The position numbers were made by a program, and so were the translations under genes. Shown piece after piece: positions 1 to 13,749 of a stretch of DNA of 64,000 bases. Position 1 is the stretch's first letter; each line of letters opens with the position of its first letter. The stretch is from assembly GCF_009914755.1 (NCBI RefSeq), contig NC_060939.1; one strand, 5' to 3'. The stretch is from the human T2T-CHM13v2.0 reference genome, Homo sapiens. Under the pieces are notes generated by a model. The model was not told where the DNA came from. It did no database searches and saw only the letters and a program-made list of their open reading frames with translations.

Positions 1-228
1 CTCACTGCAACCTCCACCCACTAGGCTTAAGTGATTCTCCTCCCTCAGCCTCCCAAGTAGCTGGGATTACAGGTGCCTGCCACCACACCTGGCTATTTTT
101 GTATTTTTAGTAGAGATGGGGTTGCACCATGTTGGCCAGGCTGGTCTTGAACTCCTGAACTCAGGTGATCGACCCACCTCGGCCTTCCAAACTGCTGGGA
201 TTACATGCATGAGCCACTGCACCCAGCC
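1..228 (-). mobile_element. Alu (S-like), cut by window edge
   Basis: Reverse-complement Alu consensus. Confidence 0.95.
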
Positions 229-1614
229 AATCCCTCCTTTTAAAAAATGCTGGGCTCCTTGACTGGGAGGACATCACCCTCTGGTTTTCTTCCTTCTCCC
301 CTCCTGCTTCCTTCAGCACTCACCTGCTCCATCTGACCCCTAAACGCTGAGATTCTCCAAGCTCTACCCTTTGCCTTTTGCTCTTCTCTTTCTGTGTCCT
401 GTCTCTGCGCATCTCATCCACACTCATGTCTTCAACTGCTTGCTGGAAACAGGTGACCCCCATCCCTGTCTTCAGCTAAGACCTCTCTCTCGAACTCCAA
501 AACCACACTTCCCACTGGATCCTGGATACTCAGACAACTCAAACCCAGCGCTTCCCAGATAAAACTCATCTGCCATCCATGTCTTACCTATAGCAGCAAA
601 TGAGACCACCAAGCACACCACCCAGGAATCTAGGAGTCATTCTGGCCTCTTGCTCCCACTTCCCTCACCCCTACCAGTCATGACATATTGTAAAGTCAAT
701 CTGGCTGTGCAAGGAGAATCACTTGGAAAACTTGCCGAACACAGTTTCCTGGGCCCTATCCACGACTTACAGGATCCAAATCTCCTGGGCTGGGGCCAAG
801 GAATCTGAATTTCTAGAAAGCTCCCCAGGCTGCTGTAATGCCTGACTCAAATCACAGACTAGCCTTAGGGAACCACTGTGGTCTAACCCACTGCCGACAT
901 CACCGCTGGTTGCCTAGTTCAGGGCAAAATCCTCCTCCCTGCATCCCTGGTAATATACTTGTCTCCTCTCATTCATTCTCCACGCTGTGGTGGTGGCAAC
1001 TTTCCAAATATGCAGTAGGACCATGGCTCATCTCTGCTTAAATCCTTCTATGTGGCCACCTGGGAACGCTGCATTCATGACCCTTTGTCCTTAGGAGAGT
1101 GCCTTCAGCTCATCTCTTGTCTTACCTCCTACCTTGCTCCCTTCAAGGTATGCACTCCAGCCAGGCCAAAAGATATGTGGTTCCCAAACACATAACCCTG
1201 TCCCTGCACGTGCTGTTCTTCTGACTGTACTCCCTCACTCTCACAGCCCCTCTGGATCCACTCCTAAGGTTCAACCCAGGCTGGGCTCAGTACCTGCCCC
1301 TCAGGCACTATTAGCCCGTGTGGTGATCACAGAGTTTCTAGGTTATTTCCTCCTGTGTAAACAGTGAACCTTCAAGACAGGACCTGGATCTTGAGTGGTC
1401 ACTATCCTCAGAGGTGCACCCAGTTCCTGGCTCACAGAGATGGTCAGCAAAGGTTAGCGAATGGAAGGGTAAAAGAAGAGAAGGAGAGAAGACAGGGAGG
1501 TCAGAGCATTTCAGGTGGTTCTGCCCATCTGTTTGAAGACCCGGGCCAAGAGCCGGGTCTCTGCCCAGCAGGGGGCCTGCTCTGGATCCACAGAAACACC
1601 ACGATGGTGGTGGC

Positions 1615-1936
1615 TTTCTTTGTTTGTTTATTTGTTGGTTTGTTTGTTTCTTTTTGAGACGGAATCTCACTCTGTTGCCCAGGCTGGAGTGCAGTGGTGC
1701 GATCTCCGCTCACTACAACCTGGGACTCCTGGGTTCAAGTGATCCTCCTCACTCAGCTTCCTGAGTAGCTGGGACTACAGGGGCGCACCACCATGTTCGA
1801 CTAATTTTGTATTTTTAGTAGAGATGGGTTTTCACCATGTTGGCCAGGCTGATCTCGAACTCCTGACCTCAGGTGATTCGCCTGCCTCAGCCTCCCTAAG
1901 TGCTGGGATTACAGGTGTGAGCCACCGTGCCCAGCC
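1615..1936 (-). mobile_element. AluS-like with (TTTG)n tail
   Basis: Dimeric Alu with flanking repeat atggtggtgg. Confidence 0.95.
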
Positions 1937-2114
1937 ATGGTGGTGGTGTTTTTGTGGCCCTCTTGACTCTGGGGTTTCCCCAGTAGCCAGGAAGGTGATA
2001 GCAGCCTGCCCTCCCATTTCCATGTGCCACCTGATGAGATTTGGGTCTTCTGAGAAGTCCTGGCCCCTCCTGTCTGCTCTGGTCACCTCTAAACTTCCAT
2101 TAACAAGGACAGCA

Positions 2115-2395
2115 GGCTGGGTGCTCATGCCTGTAATCCTAGCACTTTGGGAGGCTGAGGTGGACAAACTGGTTGAGCTCAGGAGTTCGAGACCATCCTG
2201 GGCAACATGGCAAACCCCTGTCTCTACTAAAAATACAAAAATTAGCCAGGCACGGTGGTGCATGCCTGTAATCCCAGCTACTTGGGAGGCTGAGGCAGGA
2301 GGATTGCTTGAGCCCGGGAGGCAAGGTTACAGTGACCCAAGATGGCACCAGGGCACTCCAGCACTGGCGACAGAGCCAGACCCTGTCTTAAAAAC
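2115..2395 (+). mobile_element. Alu (older, J/S-like)
   Basis: Dimeric Alu consensus. Confidence 0.92.
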
Positions 2396-3027
2396 AAGGA
2401 GAGTGGGCTCACAAGGACTCTGGGATCATCTTCCACTCTATGGCTGAACTGGCTGTGCCCTCCTCACTCCTGGACCCTGCTCCCGCCCTTGTTTTGTGCC
2501 TGCAGAACGACACCACTGTCCTGTCCCAGTATGGCCAACTTTTGGAGTGGACACCTTCATCTGGCCCCTCTTGCCCCATTCTCTCTCTGACTCCCTCCCT
2601 CACCTTCTTCTTTCCCTCTTCCCTCTTTGTCCATCCAATGCCTTTGCTGCAAGAGCTCTCTGTCACCTTTGTGCCTCATCCACGGCCCTCTGACTATCCT
2701 CACAAGGTCTCTCTGGGCTGTAAACTAGGATGCTGCTCCAACATTGCTGCCCTCCTCCAGCCTCCTGCCCCAGTCCCTCCCCAGCCCTGCCCTTTAGATG
2801 GCTGAAGCCTTCTTAGGGAAGAGTGTTGGATGGGGGCAGAGGCCTGCATTAGCTGGATGGCACTCCTGTTTTGCCCCTTCACTGGAGAGGCACTCAACCC
2901 TCTGTGAAGTGGGTTTGATTCTATGGCAGCTCCATCCCTTGCCTCCCACATCCAGGACCTGCTACTTAATTTGCAGATCCCAGTGCAAAATAAAAATTCA
3001 GGACTCCTTGTTCAAAAAGTATTATGG

Positions 3028-3391
<364 letters not shown>

Positions 3392-4872
3392 CTATCAGGC
3401 CCTTCTAAGTGCATGGCCCTGTGTGACTGCACAGACGGCACGTCCAGAATGCCGGCCCTGCCCATGCCCCTTTCCAGCTGGTGATGGCCCCACTCCCCTC
3501 TCCTGTCCTCAGCTGCTTTCTTAGACAGATCCTCGGAGCCTCCTGGCAGCAACCCAGCCCCAGCCACCTCCAGAAGTTTCCAGGGCCCTGTTCAGTAGGC
3601 ACTCAGCACAGATTCCCCAAGGTCCTGGGGGAATCTTCACCCCAGGCCACCACTCACATCCTCCTCAAATCAATGCACAGTTATCGAGCCCCACCTGGCT
3701 AAGCCTTAGGAAGGGAGGACAAGTGGATAAACGATCACTGCCCTCCAGGAGTTCAGTTTATAGCAGAGCGAAGACTTGAACAAGAGCAGGACCGGACAAG
3801 AATCCTGTCAATTCAGAGAAAAATAATCACAGTTTATTAGGAAACTGAATTTCACAAAAGAGAGAGCATAAAGATGGGCTTTCGTGAATGGGCAAGATTT
3901 GATTAACCCGATGAGGAAAGGGGCATTCAAGGAAGAAGCCATGGCATGGGCAAAAACTTAGAGATAATAAAATGCATGGCACGTTCTAGAATCCTGAATT
4001 GTACAGTTTGGCTGAGGTGTGCAGATGGTAAAATAGTGGGAAAAAGCTGGAAGGAAAATGTACAGAGAAGAGCTACAAGGGTAATAGTGAAGTGTTTGTA
4101 CTCCCTTAGTGGAAACACCGAGGGGACTTTAGGTCGTGATGTTTAGGTTATTTGGGAGCAAAGGGAGAAGACTTCCTCCCCTTGGCCCTCACAGCCTGCC
4201 CGAAGAGTGCAAAGCCTCACGCTTTTGCAAAACAGGCCGCACCTAGCCCAGATTCTGGAGCTGATTCAGTCCATGCCTCTCGACCCACAGTTTGTCCTGA
4301 GCCCTGACAAAGGTCTGGCCCCCTCCTGCACTCGGAACGCGGAGGACCCGCAGCTCGTGGATTCGCGCCTCAGTGCCCAAGCTGGTGTTGATGGGGGTTG
4401 CGGTTTCCTGCCACTCACTCCCCATGGGTCCTGTGGGGGGCGTGGGGATGCGGGGAGAGGGTTTCAGAATAGGATCCCGGACTGGGAGGGAAGGGACACC
4501 ATCTGGGCACACCCAGTAGGTACGACCGGAGGTGAAAAAAGAGTGGGTCCCATCCCCTGATGGCCCCGCTCGCTATCCACTTTAAGTTTATGTTATGGAT
4601 ATTTTCAAACATATTCAAAAGTAGAGAGAAGAGTAGAATCATAACCCAAGTCCACACCGCCCAGCTTCAACAGTTATCCCCTCCAAGCCCATCTTGTTTC
4701 AGCTAACCCTCTCCCACCACCCATTTTAAAGCGGGATGTGGGTGTCCTGAGGGAGGTGGAGGCCCCCCAGTTGGAGAGCGGGTGCCCGCACCTCTGGAGG
4801 CTGAGGCACAACTGGGCTGGGAGTTGAGCGCATACCGAGTAGGGGCTGCGGGGGAGCGGGGGCAGGGCCGGC

Positions 4873-4882
4873 GGGGCGGGGC
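4873..4882 (+). promoter_or_regulatory. GC box (Sp/KLF site) in a TATA-less promoter
   Basis: Exact GGGGCGGGGC about 150 bp upstream of the ATG. Confidence 0.7.
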
Positions 4883-4916
4883 CAGAAGCCCGGCGGGGTT
4901 GGGGGCGCTCTCCTAG

Positions 4917-4923
4917 TGACTCA
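4917..4923 (+). promoter_or_regulatory. AP-1 consensus site
   Basis: Exact TGACTCA in the proximal promoter. Function is not shown by sequence alone. Confidence 0.5.
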
Positions 4924-5027
4924 AGGCGCGCAGCGCTGGGCGCAAAGCGCCAGTCTCCGCCTTGCGAGCTCAGAGTGTGCCCGCTGCGCCGCCGCTGTCC
5001 GTACCTGCCGCCGCCGCCACCGCCACC

Positions 5028-5097
5028 ATGCCCAACTTCGCCGGCACCTGGAAGATGCGCAGCAGCGAGAATTTCGACGAGCTGCTGAAGGCACTGG
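5028..5097 (+). CDS. CRABP1: Cellular retinoic acid-binding protein 1, coding exon 1 (MPNFAGTWKMRSSENFDELLKAL/G)
   Basis: gccgccaccATGc Kozak context. The translation is the CRABP1 N-terminus with the FABP-family GTW motif. 70 nt, donor G|gtaagc at 5098. Confidence 0.99.
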
Positions 5098-5641
5098 GTA
5101 AGCTGGTGCAGAGGGCGCGCCCCGACGGGGAGATGCGGCCCGGAGGTGCCCTGGTCCCGGAAGTGCCCCGGTCCTGGAGGGGGTGGAAGTTGGGGAGCCC
5201 AGGCAGGAGGGAGTCCCCGGGGCAATAGATCGCCTTGTCTCCCAGGCGCACCGGGTCTCGGAGAAGCTGGTAGAGATCCCGGAACCCACGCGTTCAGCGA
5301 ACGTTTGCTGAATGTTTGGCGCCCTCCTCGATGGTGCGGACTTTATCTCGTGCTAGATCATAGCGAGGAGAGATTACTGGAGAGCAAGGAGGATCAGGGA
5401 CTTAAATTTGGAGACTCAAATTTGGGACCAGGCTCTGCCACGAATTCACTGTGCAACTCGAGGAAAGTCACTTACCCTCTCTGTGCCTCAGTCTCTCATC
5501 TCGAAAACAAGGGCGAGGGCAGGGAAACGAGTGGATCAATTTTAAGGCCCCTTTCTAAAGTTAGGGTATGACCAGTGCCCGACCGGTCCCGAGACTGGCG
5601 GCGAGGCCCCGTGACCCAAGCCTGTGGTGCACCCTGCGCAG

Positions 5642-5820
5642 GTGTGAACGCCATGCTGAGGAAAGTGGCCGTAGCGGCTGCGTCCAAGCCGCACGTGGAG
5701 ATCCGCCAGGACGGGGATCAGTTCTACATCAAGACATCCACCACGGTGCGCACCACTGAGATCAACTTCAAGGTCGGAGAAGGCTTTGAGGAGGAGACCG
5801 TGGACGGACGCAAGTGCAGG
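5642..5820 (+). CDS. CRABP1: CRABP1 coding exon 2 ([60 protein letters not shown])
   Basis: cag acceptor ending at 5641, 179 nt, donor gtgagg at 5821. Phase is consistent with exon 1, and the peptide is visible inside ORF 5575..6054. Confidence 0.99.
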
Positions 5821-7497
5821 GTGAGGCCCCAGAGCCACTACAGCGTCCCCGGGTCCCCGCTCGGTGCCCATGGCCCACTGCTGCTGGAGGAACCTGTGTC
5901 TCCCTTTGCAGCCTGTGGCGCGCCTTCCTTGCAGGGTGTGTACACTGGCTGTTTGCAGAGGGGGTTTGTGCATCCTAGTTGCCCCTGGCTCAAGACAAAG
6001 TATTACCTTCATTCCATCTCAACCCCATCCCTACGCTGCCTCCCGGGGTGCTAACAGCCGCGCTTAAAGAGCGGGCTCTGGGTTGCGCCGCGTTCCCAGC
6101 AGTGGCTTTTGCAGCGGTTTGCAGCGTCAAGCGCAGGCGGCGCAGGAGGAGGAGGAGGTTGCAGGAGCCGCCAGGTTCTCTGTCGCAGGTGAAGCCGCAG
6201 CTCTTGCATTCCTTTCCCGCCGTATCCCCCGCGCCCGCCCGGGTCCCTGGGCCGCCTGGGTACGCTCTGGATACAGTTTTAGCAGTCCCGATGGCCCCGT
6301 CACCTCTCCCTTCCCGCCTTCGGCCTGGTTCCTTAAAGGAACGGCGGAGTCTTTCCAAAAGCAAGGCAGGTTCTGGCTGGGAAAATGGACTAGTTGCCCT
6401 CTCTTAGTCCTCAAGGGCAAGAGTTTTTTTTTATTTCTCCATGCATCGGCCCAGGGATGAACCGGTGGATTGAAGCAAGGGGTTGTACATTCGTTTTTTG
6501 CATGGGCAAAAATTGCATTTGGTTAACCAGATGGAAAAATAATCACCGGTGCTACCACTTATTTAAAAAGTGACAGAATGTCTCCCTCCCCTTCTCCAAT
6601 TTTTTTTTTTTAAAGAAAAAAGTCGTAACATTCCAGAGAGTGGGAAATTGTTTCTTTCACCTTTCCTGAGCAGTGCCTGGTCTGATCTCGGAATGGGACT
6701 CTCTGAGCACCGGGCTTGGAAGGACAAAGAAACAAAGCCCCCCAGAAGCAGGCTGATCTAGGAGGCAATCTTTGGCTCCAGAATTGTCATAGCCTGGAAA
6801 TGATCTCCACGCTTGGAGGGGGTGGGATCTGAAGCCTAAACTGCACTGCAGAAACAAAGAGCAGGACAGCATAGAGTGAAGGGCTGGGAGTCTAAGAGAG
6901 GAGGCTTGGCAATAGGCAGGGCTCAGTCTGGGGACATCCAATGTTGGCTACTGCCAGGAAGGGTAATTCTGATTTAAAAAAAAAAAAGTAAAGGTTCACA
7001 CAACAGCCGGGAGAGTGGGGCTTTATGCACCCCCCATCCCCCCACACCTTGCCTAATGAATGTGTCCCATGTGTTAGTTAAAAACTGATTATGTGCACAT
7101 TCAGCTCTGGCCCACCCCCCAGCCCAGCTGTACCACACTTAGCTTTGTGCAGACACTGGGGAAAAACTTCAGGAAATCCCTCCTTTTGCCTCCCACCTCC
7201 AAAAGCATGAAGAGCCTTCAGATTGATTTGCTTTTTAAATTTTTTCTAAAGGGATGTAACCGGGAAAGTGGCAGCATTTTAACCCTCAGAGCCAAAGACA
7301 CCGAGGTTTATCAGTGCAGGGGTGCACTAAATCTGATGAGGAGTGAACAGAAAGGACGTTCCTATCCCAAAATCCATGCAGGGAATCGTGCTCCTGATAG
7401 GCTGATGACAGATGTGGTTACAAACTTGGTGTCTTAACTGTTGTCAAATCTTGTGGTTCTGATGTGAAGGTTCTTGCTTTTAAAATCCAAATTATGT

Positions 7498-7764
<267 letters not shown>

Positions 7765-8097
7765 CTAATTTTTATATAAATGAATCATTTCATGCTCTAA
7801 ATTTTATTCCTAGAGATGTAAAGCATGCCTAAGGCCTCGCTGCTTCAGTAAGAGATTGTTTGTGTGTGCTTGTGAGTGTGTGTGTGTGTTATACAAGGTG
7901 TATTTATACCCCATAAAATCTGTGACCAGCACTCTGAATTTGGACTTTATAAGGCTCAGCGGAGAAGAATCTGTGGCCTGCTGACAGGGACCATGTGTTG
8001 ATTCTCTGCAGAGCAATTATTTTTCAATGCTCATTGTTGTCCCTGCTCCCGCTGCTGAGACTCTAATTAATGTCACTAATGGTTTTCCCGCCTGCAG

Positions 8098-8211
8098 AGT
8101 TTAGCCACTTGGGAGAATGAGAACAAGATCCACTGCACGCAAACTCTTCTTGAAGGGGACGGCCCCAAAACCTACTGGACCCGTGAGCTGGCCAACGATG
8201 AACTTATCCTG
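8098..8211 (+). CDS. CRABP1: CRABP1 coding exon 3 ([38 protein letters not shown])
   Basis: ttttcccgcctgcag acceptor, 114 nt in phase 0, donor gtaggg at 8212. Manual translation matches CRABP1. Confidence 0.99.
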
Positions 8212-8805
8212 GTAGGGAACCCTTGACCCTGAAATAATCCTGAAGTTCCCCCAGAGGGGGCCCCAGATGGGCCCCACAAATATGTCCTCCTCACTCGGCC
8301 GTTCAGAGAAAGACACCATTTGCCCTGGATTAAAATTAGAGCAGAAAACCCGAGATGACAGTTCAGGTCAGAGGAAATCATTGTTAAATGGTTGGCAGGA
8401 AAGAGGAGTGGCTCAGAGGATGGAATAGGGGCTGGAGACAGGCTGGAGTGCCTGCCACTATCCACACTAATACATCCCAGTGGCGGTGACATGCTTTAAG
8501 CCAAGCTCCCCTCTCATCAGGCTTGGAATGCTTAGGCTCTATGAGGTCCCCACGCTCACATGGCAGAAGGGATTTTTTTTCATTCTCATTCCCCCTTTTG
8601 CTGGCTGGAAAAGGTTTCAGTAATTTTTATCACATCAGCACTCAGAACCTTAGAGAACATTTTTAGCTGTGATTTGCAAACTCCAATGGCCTTTGGGAGC
8701 CAGGCAATGAATGCTAATTTGGGAAGTGTCTGAGTATAACACAGTGTGGAGAGATGAGCCCCTGTAGAACTAAAAAAGATAGGCTTTTCCTTAAAAGTAT
8801 TCAGA

Positions 8806-9099
<294 letters not shown>

Positions 9100-9245
9100 C
9101 TAGCCAAACAAAACTTACCTAGTGAGGCCAAATTAGAAACCTCTATAATTTAAGCACACACTTCCTCCCCTTTTTTTAGGTAGAGAACAAAGGAAGGCTG
9201 AGGGCAGAACAATCCCCCTCGCTCTCCCTTTGTGTTACAAAACTG

Positions 9246-9546
9246 GGCTGGGATTGGTGGCTCACACCTGTAATCCCAGCACTTTGGGAGGCTGAGCCCA
9301 GGAGTTTGAGAACAGCCTGGGCAACATAGTGAGACCCCTATCTCTACAAAAAAAAAAAAAAAAAAATTAGCTGAGTGTGGTGGCACATGCTTGTAGTCTC
9401 AGCTACTCGGAGGCTGAGGTGGGAGGATCACTTGAGCCCAGGAGTTTGAGGCTGCAGTGAACTGTGATCATGCCACTGCACTCTAGCCTGGGCAACAGAG
9501 CTGAGACCCTGTCTCAAAATTAAAAACAAAAAAAAAAACAAAAAAA
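9246..9546 (+). mobile_element. AluJ-like in intron 3
   Basis: cacttgagcccaggagtttgaggctgcag J-type right arm. Confidence 0.92.
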
Positions 9547-10983
9547 CTAATTAAGGGTTTTGCAACCACCCTTTTCTTCCAGACCAGAAAAGGGAAAGCT
9601 GTTTTGGGTAACCAGGAAATTATATCCTTTGTTCTCCATTAGGTATTTTGTTAATCTCTGCTCCATCTTAGTGAATGTCACCTTGAAATGTTGTGAATAG
9701 GAGACTGCCTGCTGAAGGGTGCTAGGAAAGGACTTGCAGTGTGACCTGAGCATAGGCCTTCCCTTCCCAAGCTCTTCCCCTTGCTATACAATGAGGGGTT
9801 AAGCTGAAGTCTGATCCCTGAGGTCCCTCTCAGCCTTGAAATTACATGTTTATTCTGCAAGAAGACCCTAAATTGAGCTATTACTTGAAATGAGACTGCT
9901 TGATCTTTCTCTCTCTCCTCTTGTCCTTCCCTGGTATGATTTAACATGCTTTCTCCTTTCACAGAGAAAGGACTGGCTTAATTTGCAACCTGGTTAATAT
10001 TGTTTCCAGGGAAAGGATACTTGCTGGGCTTGGGGGAGCAATTTGAGGCTGAGACATGGAAATTTAGGAGAAAAGGCGTATATGGTTTACTGGTACCAGA
10101 GACAGCAGAGGGAGATGATTTTAGAGTTTTAGAATGTAGCTGAGGGTTCAGTAGGATCGGTTTGCTCTGAGAAAGAGTGATTTTATTAACCTCTGTAGTA
10201 TACGAGCAGCTGGAGTCACAGGCCAAATTCTGCTAGATGGACCCCATCACTTTCAAATCCTCCCTCCTCCCAACTTCAGTTCTATCCCTGCATTCTTCCC
10301 TGGCACAGCAAACATATATACAAGACTCAAAGGGAAAGGGAGTATTAACTCTTGGCATTTTGGATCTGAAATGTGGGCTTTTGTTTCAAGGGTTATTATC
10401 ATTAATAAATCTAAAACGCAGAGAGATGCAGTCTCTATATAACAAGAGGCAATTATTCTAGTTAAGTTGAAATAAGCTCTCCCAGCGCCAACAGTAAATT
10501 GCCCCCAGGCTATAAGTTGCCTTCCTTTGAAAACTGAGTATACTCCCACAAACCACTCTGGAATATTCTACAGAGAGTTTCTGTCGGGAACCTCTAAGCA
10601 TAGTTTGCAGGCTGAGAAGGGCGCTTCAAATGTGGTTGGAAATGCGGCGATTTCTTCTCATGTCATGAAGCTATTTGTTAGCTGGGGAGAGCTGTCAGCT
10701 AGTGAGAATAGTTTCTCCAGGGTACAGCGTTCAATACCCAAATGCTGGCAGCCATTTGACAATCCATGGCTGTAGAACTCAAAGAATTATGGAAAATTAA
10801 CATGGTTCTGAGGCGTCCAGACATCTGCGAGGTAGACTTACGGTGGGAAAGTCAAGCCCCACACCCCCTAGCATGCAGAATCACCTGCATTTCTTCCCAA
10901 TAGAGAAGAGGCTAGGACAAAGGTGTCCAGGAGTGGGTATAACTGCCAGTCTGGTCAGGAGATCCCTAGCATGAAAAGCTAGT

Positions 10984-11275
<292 letters not shown>

Positions 11276-12525
11276 GAAGCTAGTGATGGGCATCTGCTTC
11301 CTCAGTCACTAAGGACTTGAACTATTTCCCTGAAGCACACGTGTCAGGATAATGTTTTAGCATATGTTCTCTGAGAGCATCTCGTGACCAACTAAGATGG
11401 CAGGGTAAGAATATAAAGATCCTAGGATAGCTAAATGCCTCGTTTAGTGGTTTTAACATCTCTGTAATTTCAGGCCACTTTAAGAATCTGAAAGATAAGG
11501 ACCTTCTGGCACATAAATGTACATTTGCAAACAAACATACTCACATCAGGTTTACAGACTGGGGAATTTCTGTTTCTTGGTTTTTGTTTTTGTTTTTTTT
11601 TTTTTTAACATACATATTGCTTTCCCTGTTCTAACTGCCTGTGAGAGGTCCAGGAGAGCAGGCCTGTGAGTAATTGCTAGTTTTGGGGGAAAGTTGAGAC
11701 AGTTTACTTGTGGGCAATATCATTTCAGGGGCCAGCAGAAAAATGTCCTCCTCCATCTGTGCAATGATTCGTGTCCTCCCTACAGCAAACAAACTAAGAG
11801 CCATAGAATTTTAGCTGGAAGAGCCTTTGCGATGATCATCTTGTCAACTCCACCCCTCTCCTCAACACCAGCCCCTGCCTGCCCCTTTCCCAAACAGGCC
11901 ACGAGAGGAAAACATTTGCCCCCAAGCTTAGCCAGCTGTGAGCTGCAGGGGCTAGGTTTGGATGCCAATGCTGTGCTTTTGCAGCTGAGACCAATTTTCT
12001 AGCTTGCAGGTGACTTGAGTATTACATATACAGCATCTCAGCCTGTCTCCCAGGTTAGATGACTGCTTCCTGGAAAGCAGTTCTATTCCTTCTCCAAAGC
12101 AAGGAACAGAACTGGCTGGTGAGTGCTGGGCCTCATGACCCCAGCTGCCTGAGCTTCTTTCTATCTTGAAGTCATTTGAAAAGAGACAGAGCCACTTCAG
12201 AAATGTCCATTGTGACATTCTTTCCCTTTCAGTTTAATTTTAAAACCAAAACTCCTGGCATTTCTTATGTCAGCATTTTACAGGTTCCATAAGCAAAGGA
12301 AAATGGTATATAACATAATTCTATACTCTGGTTACCTCTTTACCAATAGCGCTTAAGGGGGAAAAAATATCCCTTAATGCTTAGCCTGAGCACACACACA
12401 GGAAATTGAATGTCTGTTACAAAGAGTTTTTAACAGGGCAATAAGTGGCCTTATTAGTGATATGCTTTAAACATTTTTGCACAGGCATCTGCACTGATTG
12501 GTTTTCCTTTTCTTCTTCTCTGCAG

Positions 12526-12576
12526 ACGTTTGGCGCCGATGACGTGGTCTGCACCAGAATTTATGTCCGAGAGTGA
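12526..12576 (+). CDS. CRABP1: CRABP1 coding exon 4 (TFGADDVVCTRIYVRE*)
   Basis: Strong pyrimidine tract plus cag, then 51 nt ending in TGA. Total CDS 70+179+114+51=414 nt = 137 aa + stop. Contains the R-x-Y carboxylate-binding motif. Confidence 0.99.
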   Translation, partial: TFGADDVVCTRIYVRE

Positions 12577-12799
12577 AGGCAGCTGGCTTGCTCCTACTTT
12601 CAGGAAGGGATGCAGGCTCCCCTGAGGAATATGTCATAGTTCTGAGCTGCCAGTGGACCGCCCTTTTCCCCTACCAATATTAGGTGATCCCGTTTTCCCC
12701 ATGACAATGTTGTAGTGTCCCCCACCCCCACCCCCCAGGCCTTGGTGCCTCTTGTATCCCTAGTGCTCCATAGTTTGGCATTTGCACGGTTTCGAAGTC

Positions 12800-12805
12800 A
12801 TTAAA
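12800..12805 (+). terminator. CRABP1 poly(A) signal (ATTAAA variant)
   Basis: ATTAAA about 225 nt after the stop codon, followed by a U/GU-rich downstream element (ttttcccttttttggtttg, ~12827-12846). Confidence 0.85.
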
Positions 12806-13749
12806 CTGGTTAGACGTGTCTCAACCTTTTCCCTTTTTTGGTTTGCCTCTTCAGTTTCAACGTGGGAGTTATTGTGTACCTACTGTCCTTAGCACTGTGT
12901 TGGTCTGTGCGGTACTCTCAGCTTTGGCCTGCTGGCCTCGGTGTGGGGCTTTGAGCATACGTCAGCAGTTGCAAGCTGGGCTCCCGCAGACTGGCTGGAT
13001 CCAGACTGCAGATCCAGGTGTGATTGCACCTCCCAGTGTGGCTGTTCAATTGAATTACTTGGTATCAGTAGTTCCCAGCAGGAAACGGCACATTTAAAAG
13101 GGGTTAACAGGGAAGAGCTCATAATGAAGGGACTGTTTATACTGGCAGGATGAATAGAGCCAGCAAAGGATGGGGAGGCACCCAAAGACAAGCAGTGGAG
13201 GGATTCACCCCCAGGCCTGAAGATAGAAGGGAAAGAGGGGTCACCAGACCATGAGAGCTATAACCTAGGAGAGGAGCCACTGCCAAAACCATGGCCCCAG
13301 TGTTTATGGGGTCAGGGGAGACTTGGCTTGGAACAAGGGGGATAAACATCCTAATCTCCCACCTTTCAGTCTCTACCTATTTTGTCCATTGGCCAAATCC
13401 AATAGGAATGGAGAGGGCAGGGAAGAGGGTGCTGTTTACAAGGGTCACCCTCCCAGGATGTGGCCAGGGGGAGAATGGATCTGAACATGCGCATGGACAA
13501 CAACCCACACAGTTGCTGACTTTTAAACTTGAAAATCAGTAGATTTCACATAATCTGAATCTCTATTTCCTTAAATGAAAAACTGGGAAAATCTGGCATC
13601 CCCAGACCTACATTCCCACAGGGTAACAACTGGCCAGGAAGCTTCCCGCTTTTTAAATGGAACTCATACCCTCTGCTTCCCCTTAGACCCCATCCTGGCC
13701 CCAGCTTCATTTACATTGCCTGCCTGGCTTCTGTCCTTGCCATCCTAAG

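Larger units (their letters stand above)
4230..6350. promoter_or_regulatory. CpG island over the CRABP1 promoter, exon 1, intron 1 and exon 2
   Basis: High GC content and dense CpG dinucleotides relative to the flanks. Edges judged by eye. Confidence 0.85.

Noticed and set aside
1824-2447. 207-aa ORF, and similar ORFs at 31269-31907, 37757-38323 and 53155-53556
   Set aside because: Alu-derived translations ([28 protein letters not shown]).
5575-6054. 159-aa ORF containing CRABP1 peptide, as a possible novel isoform
   Set aside because: It is exon 2 plus GC-rich intron read-through from a non-ATG start. Canonical splice sites explain the homologous part.
4674-6460. Many overlapping 90-180 aa ORFs on both strands
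   Set aside because: Expected stop-codon scarcity in a CpG island; low-complexity Pro/Gly/Arg translations with no recognisable domain.
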